The notes below the pieces were generated by a model, which did not search any database, had not been told where the DNA came from, and was given only the letters and a program-made list of their open reading frames with translations. From assembly GCA_045129715.1 (NCBI GenBank), contig JBGVKA010000068.1, positions 1 to 35,633 on the forward strand: DNA of 35,633 nt. Reading direction: 5' to 3'. A program made the translations under genes and the position numbers. Positions 23,880 through 33,410 of the stretch are shown in pieces. Positions within the stretch are counted from its first letter, which is position 1, and every line of letters starts with the position of its first letter. This stretch comes from Eubacteriales bacterium (GTDB lineage Bacteria; Bacillota; Clostridia; Oscillospirales; CAG-272).

Positions 23880-25613
23880 ATGTCGTTTAAAAACAGAAAA
23901 AGAAATTACGCGCTTTACGAAACCACGAAATTCAGCGATTTCCGTGAGATGACGGAAAACGTGGCAAAGCGTTTTCCCGATAAAACCGCATTTCAGTATA
24001 AGCTCGATCCCAAGGATAAGGTGACTCAGCGCGTTACCTTTGCCGAGGCAAGAGAGTTTATAATGAACCTCGCAACCGAGCTTCACTCTATGAACGTAGA
24101 GGGCAAGAGAGTTGCCATTATCGGTCAGGCGTCGATCGAATGGTTCTTCTCCTATACCGCGCTTATGTCGGTCGGAGCTATAACCGTGCCGATCGATAAG
24201 GAGCTTCCCGTACCCGAAACCGCGTCCATCATCAATACCGCAGGCTGTGAGTACGTATTCTTTACCGATAAGCTCGCGGATAAGATCAACGAGCTCAAGG
24301 GCGTGGCAGAAACTCTCACGGGCTTCGTTTCCATGGGTGCCGATGACGTTGCGGGTGCAACCAAGCTTTCAAACCTCGTTGAGTTCGGAAGGGCTCGCGT
24401 TGCCGAGGGAGACACCTCCTATTTTGATTACAAGATAGACACCGAGAAGCTCGCCTCAATCGTGTTTACCTCGGGTACCACCGGCAAGGGCAAGGGCGTT
24501 ATGCTCTCTCTTAAGAATATCTGCTCGGATATGGAGCAGGGAATGTATAACTTCAACATTACCGAGAGAACCCTCTTTGCTCTTCCTCCCCACCACACCT
24601 TCGGCTCTACCGTTAATTTCGTAGGCCACTTTGCCCAGGGCTGTGAGATATACATTTCCTCGGGCCTTCGTTACATTCTCGACGAGCTTAAGTCCTTCAA
24701 GCCCACCCACCTTATTCTCGTTCCCCTCTTCGTGGAGACCTTCTACAAGAGAATTATGGCTACCGCGGAGAAGAGCGGAAAGCTCGAAACGCTGAAGAAG
24801 GGTATCAAGCTTTCAAATATGCTTCGTAAGATCGGTATAGATTTAAGAGGCAAGCTCTTCGGAGAGTCGGTGCTCTCAAGCTTTGGCGGTGAGCTTAAAA
24901 TGATAATCTGCGGCGGTGCGGCTCTTAACCAGACTATAATCGATTTCTTTGAGTCCATAGGCGTCGTGATCCTTAACGGCTACGGTATCACCGAGTGTGC
25001 ACCCCTTATCTCCTGCAACAGAAACGAGTGCAGAAAGCAGGGCTCCGTCGGTATGCCCATCATAGGCGGTGAGGTCAAGATCGATAATCCCAACGAGGCA
25101 GGCGAGGGCGAGATATGCTATCGCGGTCCCAACGTTATGCTCGGATATTTCGGTGACGAGGAGGCCACTCGCGCGGTCATCGACGAGGACGGCTTCTTCC
25201 ATACGGGAGACCTCGGCTACGTTAAGACGTTTGGAAAGGATCAGTGGATATACATTACGGGAAGAAGCAAGAACCTTATTATCTTCTCCAACGGTAAAAA
25301 CGTTTATCCCGAGGAGATCGAGACCGATATCCAGGGCGTTTACGGTGTAAACGAGGTAGTAGTTTACGCGGGCAAATCCAAGTCCGATCCTCAGAAGGAG
25401 GTAATCGTTGCCGAGATATTCCCCGATTTCGACGCTCTCAAGCTTCATAATATAGACGATGCGCAGAAGTATTTCGACGACGAAATAAAGAAGATCAACG
25501 CAAAGAACGTTTCCTATAAGACCGTAGGAAAGGTGAAGATAAGAACCGAGGAATTCCCCAAGAATACCTCAAGAAAGATCACTCGCTTCAAGCTCGATAA
25601 GTCGATAGATTAA
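23880..25613 (+). CDS. AMP-binding enzyme, long-chain fatty-acid--CoA ligase-like
   Basis: TSGTTGKGKGV AMP-binding signature, GYGITE and TGDLG motifs, 577 aa. AAAGGAG RBS. Confidence 0.9.
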   Translation: MSFKNRKRNYALYETTKFSDFREMTENVAKRFPDKTAFQYKLDPKDKVTQRVTFAEAREFIMNLATELHSMNVEGKRVAIIGQASIEWFFSYTALMSVGAITVPIDKELPVPETASIINTAGCEYVFFTDKLADKINELKGVAETLTGFVSMGADDVAGATKLSNLVEFGRARVAEGDTSYFDYKIDTEKLASIVFTSGTTGKGKGVMLSLKNICSDMEQGMYNFNITERTLFALPPHHTFGSTVNFVGHFAQGCEIYISSGLRYILDELKSFKPTHLILVPLFVETFYKRIMATAEKSGKLETLKKGIKLSNMLRKIGIDLRGKLFGESVLSSFGGELKMIICGGAALNQTIIDFFESIGVVILNGYGITECAPLISCNRNECRKQGSVGMPIIGGEVKIDNPNEAGEGEICYRGPNVMLGYFGDEEATRAVIDEDGFFHTGDLGYVKTFGKDQWIYITGRSKNLIIFSNGKNVYPEEIETDIQGVYGVNEVVVYAGKSKSDPQKEVIVAEIFPDFDALKLHNIDDAQKYFDDEIKKINAKNVSYKTVGKVKIRTEEFPKNTSRKITRFKLDKSID

Positions 25614-25649
25614 TTTTAAAAATAATATTCAAAGAAGAGCGCGCCTCTA

Positions 25650-25678
25650 TTGACAAGTCTTGTAATTTATGGTAAAAT
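25650..25678 (+). promoter_or_regulatory. SigA-type promoter of the yccF-like gene
   Basis: TTGACA-17 nt-TGgTAAAAT. Confidence 0.6.
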
Positions 25679-25710
25679 TGAGTTACCAAACAATGTAAGG
25701 AGACTTTATT

Positions 25711-26076
25711 ATGCGTCTTTTCTTGAATATATGCTGGTTTATTCTTATCGGAATCGGCTTCTTCGTTTTGTACGCGTTCATTGGCGCACTGTTTTGCGTA
25801 TCGATCGTGTTCATCCCCGCCGGATTTAAGTGCTTCAGATTGGCAGGTCTCACACTCCATCCCTTCGGCCGCACCGTTCAGATCGATCCCTCTGACAGAG
25901 TGATCAGAAATATCCTTTGGTGTTCCGTTTGCGGTATTGAGGCAGCTACCGTGTTCTTGATCACGGGTATATTGCTTTGCTTGACCATCATCGGTATTCC
26001 CTTCGGACTCCAGTGCTTCAAGCTCGCAAAGTATTCCTATGCTCCCTGCGGTGCAACTATCGAGAAGGTAGATTGA
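25711..26076 (+). CDS. yccF: YccF-domain inner membrane protein (DUF307, two repeats)
   Basis: Two repeats of the IPxGxxCFKLA motif (IPAGFKCFRLA, IPFGLQCFKLA), 121 aa, hydrophobic. Confidence 0.85.
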   Translation: MRLFLNICWFILIGIGFFVLYAFIGALFCVSIVFIPAGFKCFRLAGLTLHPFGRTVQIDPSDRVIRNILWCSVCGIEAATVFLITGILLCLTIIGIPFGLQCFKLAKYSYAPCGATIEKVD

Positions 26077-26094
26077 TCTTAAAAAAAGATAAAA

Positions 26095-26134
26095 AGGCGA
26101 TCGGAAAGAAAAATCCGATCGCCTTTCGCGTTTT
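26095..26134 (+). terminator. Intrinsic terminator after yccF
   Basis: AGGCGATCGGA-aagaaaaa-TCCGATCGCCT (11 bp) followed by TTCGCGTTTT. Confidence 0.7.
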
Positions 26135-26137
26135 GAC

Positions 26138-26166
26138 TTGCAAAACCCTCTGCGGTGTGGTATCAT
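26138..26166 (+). promoter_or_regulatory. SigA-type promoter of the M16 peptidase gene
   Basis: TTGCAA-17 nt-TGgTATCAT, 34 nt upstream of the ATG at 26200. Confidence 0.5.
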
Positions 26167-26199
26167 ATATTTATAAAGCTTTTACGGAAAGGAGCGAAA

Positions 26200-27471
26200 A
26201 TGGAAAAGGAAAGAGAATTTACCTCGAAAAGCGGCGTTAAGGTGTATTGCTATAAAAATCCTGCACTGCACGGCTTTTATATTTCGCTCTTCGTAAGAGC
26301 GGGAATGCTGTACGAGAGGGAAGAGGAGGTTGGTATAACCCATTTCCTTGAGCACGCGATAATAAGAAACGTCAACAAGCTTTACGGAATGAAGCTTTAT
26401 TCCGAGCTTGATAAAAGGGGACTTGAATTCAACGCGTCGACCTTCAGCGAGATGGTTCAGTTTTACGTCGGCGGAGCGTCCGAGGAGTTCCGCTTCGGTG
26501 CGGACGTGATAACCAAGGCTCTCGATCCGCTCGTGCTCACTAAGAGCGAGATCGATTGCGAGAGAAGGCGTATCAAGGCGGAGATAAGAGAGAGTGACGA
26601 GAAGAGCTCGCTCGCATCCTTTACCTCAAAGGTCGCGTTTGGAGAGACACCGCTCGCGCGCTCGATAGTCGGCACGAATAAGACCGTTGACGCTATTACG
26701 GGCACGAGGCTTGAAAGATACCGCCGTGAGATGCTGGCGTCGGAAAACGTGTTCTTCTATATTACGGGAAGCTTTACCGAAGAGGACGTCGGAGAGCTTC
26801 TTTCCCTGATCGACGAAAAAGAGCTTGACCGTGGCTATTGCCGTGACAATGTGGCTCCCGTGCCGGCAGAGTTTGGAAAAAGAGTACCGGATGTGCATAT
26901 AAAGAGCTCGGATTTCACGATGGCTCGTCTGACCTTCGATATAGATATGAGCCGTTTTTCGATAGCCGAAATAGATCTTTTGTACGACGTTTTGCTTTCG
27001 GGCTATAATTCAAAGCTCTTTTCCGAGCTTAGCGAGAAAAGAGGTCTTTGCTACGATATAAGCGGAGGCACGGAGAGATATAAGAACGTCGGCACCTTCC
27101 ATTTTTCATTTGAGCTCAAGGAACGCGATCTTTACGAGGCAATGAAGATAACCGTCGATATTTTGCGCGAAATGAAGACGTCGCCTCTTGATGCCGACGA
27201 ATGCATGAAGGCGGGATACGTCAAGAATGCGTATATGCTTTACGATGATTTCAGAGAGCTGAATTTCACCTTCGCCTACGATAATCATATAATGGGCGAG
27301 AGCTACACGGGTATCGAGGATAGAATAGCAAAATATAAGAGCGTCAGCGCGGAGCAGATAAGAATGCTTTCGGATGCCCTCTTCACCAAGGAAAACCTGA
27401 CCTTGACGGTCAAGGGAAACAAAAAGCGCATAGATAAGGCAAGGCTTATCGACGAGATAAGCAGGCTGTAA
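26200..27471 (+). CDS. M16-family (pitrilysin-like) zinc peptidase
   Basis: HFLEH inverted zinc-binding motif. I place the start at ATG 26200 behind GGAAAGGAG, rather than at 26155. Confidence 0.85.
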   Translation: MEKEREFTSKSGVKVYCYKNPALHGFYISLFVRAGMLYEREEEVGITHFLEHAIIRNVNKLYGMKLYSELDKRGLEFNASTFSEMVQFYVGGASEEFRFGADVITKALDPLVLTKSEIDCERRRIKAEIRESDEKSSLASFTSKVAFGETPLARSIVGTNKTVDAITGTRLERYRREMLASENVFFYITGSFTEEDVGELLSLIDEKELDRGYCRDNVAPVPAEFGKRVPDVHIKSSDFTMARLTFDIDMSRFSIAEIDLLYDVLLSGYNSKLFSELSEKRGLCYDISGGTERYKNVGTFHFSFELKERDLYEAMKITVDILREMKTSPLDADECMKAGYVKNAYMLYDDFRELNFTFAYDNHIMGESYTGIEDRIAKYKSVSAEQIRMLSDALFTKENLTLTVKGNKKRIDKARLIDEISRL

Positions 27472-27473
27472 AA

Positions 27474-27514
27474 AAGAACCGCCGCTTCATTTGAAGCGGC
27501 GGTTCTTACTTTTT
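27474..27514. terminator. Bidirectional terminator between convergent genes
   Basis: AAGAACCGCCGCTTCA/TGAAGCGGCGGTTCTT, a near-perfect 16-bp palindrome flanked by an A-run and a T-run. Confidence 0.85.
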
Positions 27515-27523
27515 AAGATAAAA

Positions 27524-28081
27524 CTACAATAGGAAGGACAAAAATCCGAGAACGCCGTAGCTGATAAGCGTGACAATTATTCCGCATCCGAGAACGCCGA
27601 GCGTTATGGCAAGGAAGGATTTAAGCTTCGGAAACTCAAAGAGCGAGGCAACGAGTGCTCCCGTCCACGCACCCGTTCCCGGAAGGGGAATAAGAACGAA
27701 GAGCAGAAGCCCGAGAAACGCTCCGCGAGTCATTTTGCCCTCGCGCGCGGTCGGTGATACGGGCTCGCCCTCGGGAAGACCGAGCGTAGTACCGTCGGAG
27801 ATGCGAGGCGATTCGGTAACTATTTTGCTTCTGTATTTTACCGCCTTTTTGCGAACCCACTGTACCGTGGGACGAAAGATCTTAAATCTCTCCATAAAGT
27901 TAAGAACGTATGGAATGAGAAGCAGGATGAACGGTACGGGCAGTAAATTTCCAATCACCGCCAAAGCGTAATTGACGTGGTACGGAAGCCCTAATCCGCA
28001 ACCGATCGGAATGGCTCCTCGAAGCTCAACTATGGGGAGCATGGATACGAAGAGCACCCAAAATATATCTCTTATTTTCAT
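27524..28081 (-). CDS. COG2426-type small membrane protein (annotated in databases as putative small multidrug export protein)
   Basis: N-terminal LPIVELRGAIPIG motif and C-terminal PLPGTGAWTGAL motif. I place the start at ATG 28081 behind AGGAGA. Confidence 0.7.
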   Translation of the reverse strand: MKIRDIFWVLFVSMLPIVELRGAIPIGCGLGLPYHVNYALAVIGNLLPVPFILLLIPYVLNFMERFKIFRPTVQWVRKKAVKYRSKIVTESPRISDGTTLGLPEGEPVSPTAREGKMTRGAFLGLLLFVLIPLPGTGAWTGALVASLFEFPKLKSFLAITLGVLGCGIIVTLISYGVLGFLSFLL

Positions 28082-28128
28082 TACGTCTCCTGAAATTTTA
28101 AAACTAATATATTTTACCACGAAACGAC

Positions 28129-28168
28129 AAAAAAATCAAGTGCCGAAGAAACAACACTTGATTTTTTG
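28129..28168 (-). terminator. Terminator after the 28181-28930 membrane protein gene
   Basis: ATCAAGTG-12 nt-CACTTGAT flanked by A7 and T6. Confidence 0.6.
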
Positions 28169-28180
28169 TTTTATTAAGCT

Positions 28181-28930
28181 TTACGCCTCGATGCCGTCAC
28201 CGTCAGGTTCGGTATCCTTTTCTGCGTGATGTCCCTTTATCTTATCAAGGAGCTTGCAAAGGGCGTATCCCGATTGCATACCGATTGTGATAACGAGCGT
28301 AACGCCGAGATAGTAAGCAAGAACGGTGGCCTCAAACGTGCCGAAGATATCGAGCATATAGATGGAGTATCGCTTCGGATTGAGATTGAAGCAGCGCGTA
28401 TCGAGAAGAAGGTTGAGCGAAATGCCGAAGGTTATCCATCCGAGCATAAATACGATGGCCTTTATCCAGTGCGAGAAATCGGTCTTTACCTGATTCGTAA
28501 GAATGAGATAAACGCCGAAGAGCGCGGAAAGAATGTGGCACATAGCCTCGGTTGCATAGGTGAAGGTCGCTTCGGTCTTGTAGGCGAAGAGAACCTCGTA
28601 TTCGGGGCTTATTATCGTTGCGAGGAATAAGCCGAGGTGCAGGAATGCTATTGCGGAAAAAGCGAATTCCTTCGTTTTCTTATTCATAAATACCGTAAGG
28701 GGAATGACCGTGAAGATGAACGGGCTTATGTTTTCAAGAGTCATAAAGCCGTCTGCAAGCCAGCCCATATCAGCGCAGGCGATATTCCACAAAAGGAAAA
28801 GTATCATATCGAGCACTATGAAAAGGCCGTTGAAGAATTTTATATTCAGCTTGTCACGGTAAAAGCAAAGGAAGAAAAGGCTTATGAAATAGCATGCGAC
28901 ACCAACGCCGAGCATTATTTGCATATCCAT
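28181..28930 (-). CDS. Polytopic membrane protein of unknown function (249 aa)
   Basis: About 7 hydrophobic segments and an AAGAGG RBS. It starts 12 nt after the LRR gene stop, so the two are probably co-transcribed. It may be YwaF-like, but I cannot confirm that. Confidence 0.65.
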   Translation of the reverse strand: MDMQIMLGVGVACYFISLFFLCFYRDKLNIKFFNGLFIVLDMILFLLWNIACADMGWLADGFMTLENISPFIFTVIPLTVFMNKKTKEFAFSAIAFLHLGLFLATIISPEYEVLFAYKTEATFTYATEAMCHILSALFGVYLILTNQVKTDFSHWIKAIVFMLGWITFGISLNLLLDTRCFNLNPKRYSIYMLDIFGTFEATVLAYYLGVTLVITIGMQSGYALCKLLDKIKGHHAEKDTEPDGDGIEA

Positions 28931-28942
28931 ACGGTGTACCTC

Positions 28943-30070
28943 TTATTCGTTAGCTTCGCCGTCAGGTGCTTCAAGATCCTCACCCGTGTATCCGTAGGAT
29001 ACGGTTACCTCGCCGCTCGTCCAGTTGGATGCCCATCCCGAAGGAATCTCGGAGGCGGATTCGAAATACAGATATACGGTCGTTGCGCTCGTGAATACCG
29101 CGCTTGAAACGAATTTCGTTTCCTTGGGGATTATCGCGTATTCAAGAGAGATACATCCCGAGAAAGCGTAGGTCTGAAGAGAGAGAAGCGTTTCGGGGAG
29201 CTTGATGCTCTTGAGTGAGGTGCAGTTCTGGAATGCGGATTTTCCGATCACGAGAACGGGCTCTATAGGCTTTTCGGTCTCCTCGTCCTTTTCCTCTTCC
29301 TCGTCAAATATATCTACGTCTTCCTCGACCTCGTAGAAAACGACGGATTCGAGATTGTAGCATCCCTCAAACGCGCTCTCGTCGATCTTCTTTAACGTAG
29401 CGGGAATGCGAACCTCTTTAAGAGAAGTGCATCCCATAAACGCTCTTGGGCCGAGCTCCTCAAGGCTTTCTGGGAGGGTTATCGTCTCAAGGCTCGAGCA
29501 TCCGTAAAACGCCTCGCTATCGATCTTAAGAGCAGTGTCGGGAAGCTCTATGGAAACCATCTCCGTGCATCCCGCAAAGGCTCTTTTGCCTATTTTGAGG
29601 ATACCGTCAAGAAGGTGGATATCCGTGATCTTAGTCTTTCCCTCAAACGCGCTATCGGTTATCGAAAGAACCTTAAGATCGTTGTGGTAAGCACCTATAT
29701 ATACCTTGCCTGCAAGATATTCGTAGCATCCGATGATCTCCGTATAGGTAGCACCGTCTATCTCGTTGTATACGATACCCGGAGTCGTTTCATACTCCCA
29801 GATGGCTCTGATCTCTATATTGTTAGTAACCTCGCGGTAATTTCCGCTCCAGCCACGCAGGTAATGTCCCTCCTTGGCTACGGAGGGAGGCGTTGCGGCG
29901 TGACCTTGAGTTACCTTTTGCTCAAGGCTGCCAGAGATGAGAATTCCTCCGTCAATGTCGAAAACGACGGTGTACTGCTTCTTTCCCGAGAAGAAAATGA
30001 GTATAAGCACTATTGCTATTGCTATAAACTCAACTCCGAGAATAAAAGCAAGCTTCAGTTTATGCTTCAT
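28943..30070 (-). CDS. Membrane-anchored BspA-like leucine-rich-repeat surface protein with a Listeria-Bacteroides repeat domain
   Basis: N-terminal TM anchor. The YTVVFDIDGG...GWSG segment is a Flg_new-type repeat. It is followed by repeated xIxxSAFxGCxxLxxIxLP units of LRR_5 type and an acidic spacer. Confidence 0.85.
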   Translation of the reverse strand: MKHKLKLAFILGVEFIAIAIVLILIFFSGKKQYTVVFDIDGGILISGSLEQKVTQGHAATPPSVAKEGHYLRGWSGNYREVTNNIEIRAIWEYETTPGIVYNEIDGATYTEIIGCYEYLAGKVYIGAYHNDLKVLSITDSAFEGKTKITDIHLLDGILKIGKRAFAGCTEMVSIELPDTALKIDSEAFYGCSSLETITLPESLEELGPRAFMGCTSLKEVRIPATLKKIDESAFEGCYNLESVVFYEVEEDVDIFDEEEEKDEETEKPIEPVLVIGKSAFQNCTSLKSIKLPETLLSLQTYAFSGCISLEYAIIPKETKFVSSAVFTSATTVYLYFESASEIPSGWASNWTSGEVTVSYGYTGEDLEAPDGEANE

Positions 30071-30227
30071 TGATGTTTACCTCCTGAGTAATGAGAGATA
30101 AGTCGTCCCATTTAAAAATAAATCAATATATTTTATCACAAAATAAGTGCGCGATTGTAGACATTTGTCAAATAAATTGTTAATTTTTTTAAAATTCTGC
30201 CGATCGGTGCAAAAATAACGGGAATAA

Positions 30228-30235
30228 GGGGGGGG
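30228..30235. repeat. G8 homopolymer (C8 on the coding strand of the flanking genes)
   Basis: Eight consecutive G in the 192-bp gap between the 78-aa membrane protein gene and the LRR gene. Confidence 0.9.
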
Positions 30236-30262
30236 AGCTGTTTTCGGAATATAAACGGCGAG

Positions 30263-30499
30263 TTATTCCCCGTCGTTAAAAACGATGAGCGCGAGCATAA
30301 GGCTTACCGCACTTCCGAAGATGAAGAGTGTGCCGAGGTTTCCGATAAGATTGCTTACGAAGGGCTTGCCGGGCTCGGGATTCCAGGTGAGAGATATTCC
30401 GGTATCGGTAACGAAATGGAAGAAGAAATAGTTGATGATAAATACGCACGCTGCGACGATAAGCATCCATAAGGAAAGCTTTAAAAGCTTGTTTTTCAT
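30263..30499 (-). CDS. Small two-TM membrane protein (78 aa)
   Basis: TAGGAGA RBS and two hydrophobic helices. No family was recognised. Confidence 0.65.
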   Translation of the reverse strand: MKNKLLKLSLWMLIVAACVFIINYFFFHFVTDTGISLTWNPEPGKPFVSNLIGNLGTLFIFGSAVSLMLALIVFNDGE

Positions 30500-30519
30500 A
30501 ATGTGTCTCCTAAATTATT

Positions 30520-31104
30520 TTAAAACTCGTTGTTCTTTTGGGATAAATATTTTTCAAGGTCGATATTCAGTTTTTTGAAATACTGAACCTTGTCCGAGCT
30601 GTAGTAGCTCAACTCCTCAACGTAAAGAAGGGCGAAGATGATCCTCGATTCCGCTTCGTTATAGATGACCTTTTCCACCTTAGCACTCTCGATCTTGTCT
30701 ATGTATCCGCCGAGCGCAAGATCGATCTCGTCACTGAATATAACGTCGGTGTACGATGCGGAGTGGTACGCGCTCTTTACGGTTTTTGCGCGGTCGTCTG
30801 CATTTACCTTGGCGATAACGGTCGTGAACGCCTCCTCGGTAACGGTTATGTCAAGATAGATCTCGTAGCAAAGCGTAGTGCTCTTGTCTACCGTGTAGAA
30901 GTAGTCGTTTACCGTGTATCCGGAAAGAGTCTCGGGATAGTAAGAGGGGATCTCAACGTCATCGTGGAAGCTTCCGTATTTTCCCGCATCGGTAACGGTC
31001 TCGGAATCGTTTGAGCCGAGAAGCGAGCTGATCAGGATTAGCGTGCATCCCGTGTTGCAAAGAAGGGATAAGCAAAGAATGAGAGTCAATATTATTTTTT
31101 TCAT
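30520..31104 (-). CDS. Lipoprotein of unknown function (194 aa)
   Basis: I place the start at ATG 31104 behind GGAGG. The signal peptide MKKIILTLILCLSLLCNTGC carries a lipobox. The upstream 43 codons in the ORF track look spurious. Confidence 0.7.
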   Translation of the reverse strand: MKKIILTLILCLSLLCNTGCTLILISSLLGSNDSETVTDAGKYGSFHDDVEIPSYYPETLSGYTVNDYFYTVDKSTTLCYEIYLDITVTEEAFTTVIAKVNADDRAKTVKSAYHSASYTDVIFSDEIDLALGGYIDKIESAKVEKVIYNEAESRIIFALLYVEELSYYSSDKVQYFKKLNIDLEKYLSQKNNEF

Positions 31105-31141
31105 AACGTCCTCCTTCGTTGTTATGTTTTGTTTTTTGTAG

Positions 31142-32074
31142 TCAAGGTCGGTCGGATGCCGAGCCGTCCGAGTGTTTCGTGTCAGCACGCGCCTCGCAAT
31201 CGTTTTCCGCCTTGCCGAGCATAAAGGTTGCAAGAAGGATAAGGATTATTCCGACCGAGGAGATCGCGCTTGGTATTTCAAAGAATATTACGGCACTGAA
31301 GACCGTTGCCGCAAGCGGCTCTATAACGCTGAGCGCAGAAGCCGTTCCCGCAGGCAGATCTCGCATTGAGAGAGTGTAGAAGAGATAGGGAAGAACGAAC
31401 GTGAAGATTCCAAGTCCGAGCATAAGCGGTACGGTAACCGCAGGCTCACCCGATGCGTTTTCAACGATGCTTTTCGGACGGGCGGTGATAAGTGCCGTCA
31501 GAGCCATAAACAAGAAGCCGTAAAGCGAAAGCGTTGCCGCACCGATCCCTCGCCTGAGCGCGATCTTCGTAATAACGTTGTACGCGGCGTAAACTACGCC
31601 CGAAAGAATACCGAGGAGTATTCCAACGGGATCGAATGCAAGACCGCCGACGACTCCCGATACCAAAGCGCATCCTACGAGCATCACACCGAGTGAGATG
31701 AGCTTCATTTTAGATGATCTCTCTTCAAGAAAGGCTATTGAGACTGCGGTAACGTATACGGGGGCGGTATACATAAGCACCACCGCCGTTGCAACCGAGG
31801 TCATCTGCATTGAGGAATAGTAGAGCGTTGCGGTTCCGAAGAGGGTTATTCCTACAAGGACGGCAAACGGCAGGTGCTTAAGACCTATCCTAAGAATTTT
31901 TTTGTCGAAAACGAGCGCATAGAGAAGCATCGCAACGAACGATATCGTTCCTCTTATGAGACTCAGCTGAGGTGCCGTGAAGCCGTAGGGCGTGAGAAAT
32001 TTAACGAATATTCCCGACGTTCCCCAAAGCATACCCGCGATGACTATATATAAGAATGCTTTAGTTTTCATCAA
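31142..32074 (-). CDS. EamA/DMT-family transporter
   Basis: About ten hydrophobic segments in two repeats and a GMLWGTSGIF-type N-terminus, 310 aa. Confidence 0.85.
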   Translation of the reverse strand: MMKTKAFLYIVIAGMLWGTSGIFVKFLTPYGFTAPQLSLIRGTISFVAMLLYALVFDKKILRIGLKHLPFAVLVGITLFGTATLYYSSMQMTSVATAVVLMYTAPVYVTAVSIAFLEERSSKMKLISLGVMLVGCALVSGVVGGLAFDPVGILLGILSGVVYAAYNVITKIALRRGIGAATLSLYGFLFMALTALITARPKSIVENASGEPAVTVPLMLGLGIFTFVLPYLFYTLSMRDLPAGTASALSVIEPLAATVFSAVIFFEIPSAISSVGIILILLATFMLGKAENDCEARADTKHSDGSASDRP

Positions 32075-32723
32075 GTGCCTCCGCTATGACCGAAAGCAGC
32101 TTGTCCGCGTAGACCGCCTCAAGCGAAAGGGAGTCTATCTTCTTAGGTAATTCACCGAAAAGCGTACGGTAATGGCATATTGCCGCAACCGCACTTCCGA
32201 GATACGAGGGATGCGAAAGGTCGGGATCGTATATATCGAGCGCGGGCATATCCTTTGATATCCTGCGGAACACCCTGCCTACGTGAGATATCTCTGCATC
32301 AACGTGTTTTGCCGCGGAAATGTAAGCTTTTATTAGCATATCCGTCATTTCTTCACTCGTGAGTCCGAGCTCCTCGAGCTTTTTGGAGCCCGCCTTCCTG
32401 CCCCACGTTGCGTATAAGATATTGCGCTTGGCTTTAACGAGAGCTACGAGATCGCGTACGCCTCCGAGAAAGGCTTCGTAATCAACGATCGCCAAAAAGC
32501 TTTGCTCTTGAAGTATCAGGGCATCGTATTCGTTCCTCGTGGCGAGAGATCTTATTTTTTCTCCCTTCTCGTCTCCCTCCTTGAGATTTTCGTATAAGCG
32601 TCTGCCTCCCTTGGTTACCGAGTCAGCCGTAAGCTCCTTGCCGTTTTCTTGGGCGAGAGCCTCAAGAAGAGTCGGCATATCGTTAAAGAAGGTGTAGCTG
32701 TTTCCTATGAAAAGTATTTTCAT
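32061..32723 (-). CDS. SGNH/GDSL-like hydrolase-fold protein
   Basis: N-terminal ILFIGNSYT block (GDS-like) and a C-terminal DLSHPS (DxxH-like) motif, 220 aa. Confidence 0.55.
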   Translation of the reverse strand: MKILFIGNSYTFFNDMPTLLEALAQENGKELTADSVTKGGRRLYENLKEGDEKGEKIRSLATRNEYDALILQEQSFLAIVDYEAFLGGVRDLVALVKAKRNILYATWGRKAGSKKLEELGLTSEEMTDMLIKAYISAAKHVDAEISHVGRVFRRISKDMPALDIYDPDLSHPSYLGSAVAAICHYRTLFGELPKKIDSLSLEAVYADKLLSVIAEALDEN

Positions 32724-32752
32724 CGTGCCTGCGTTTTCTCCTTGGAAATTGA

Positions 32753-33394
32753 TTATAAAAGCTCGTCGAAGCTTGTGAGATAGCGGTCGGATACCGCCTT
32801 CATCTGCTCAATAAAATCGCTTGAGGAGTCGTCGTAAATACCGTACGATATCATTCCGCCCTCCTTGGCGGTTCTGACCGCGTTAACGTTATCGTCGACG
32901 AATATGACCTCACCGACGGGAACGCCTATGCGCTTTGCCGCCTCGCGATATATCTCGGGATCCGCTTTCGTGGTTCCGAAATCGTCCGAGGACCAAACGT
33001 TATTAAACATCTCGTAAAGACCGAGTCTTTCTAAGCACGGATCAAGGGCAGAGTGAGGACTTGCGGTGAGAATGTTGAGACACGCTCCGCGTTTTTTGAG
33101 CTCCCTTAAGGTTTCGCTGACGTGGGGCTTCTCGCCTATCTTATAGGTATAAGCCTCACGGGCGTACTCCTGCATTTTTTCCATAAGCTCCTCAACGCTT
33201 GCATCGATCCCAAGCGTGCGGAAATAACGTGCCGTTCCCGCGTATCCGAGGGGCGTGATGATCTTAACGATATCGCTTTCGTATTTTATGTTGTTTTCGT
33301 CGAGTATTTTTAGCATAAGTCCGACGAAATACGGCATCGAATCAACGAGCGTGCCGTCAAAATCAAAAAGGTACGTGTTTTTTTCGCTTTTCAT
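32753..33394 (-). CDS. HAD-superfamily hydrolase
   Basis: FDFDGTLVDS motif I and VDDN motif IV, 213 aa. TAGGAG RBS. Confidence 0.8.
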   Translation of the reverse strand: MKSEKNTYLFDFDGTLVDSMPYFVGLMLKILDENNIKYESDIVKIITPLGYAGTARYFRTLGIDASVEELMEKMQEYAREAYTYKIGEKPHVSETLRELKKRGACLNILTASPHSALDPCLERLGLYEMFNNVWSSDDFGTTKADPEIYREAAKRIGVPVGEVIFVDDNVNAVRTAKEGGMISYGIYDDSSSDFIEQMKAVSDRYLTSFDELL

Positions 33395-33410
33395 TGTATG
33401 CTCCTAAGTT

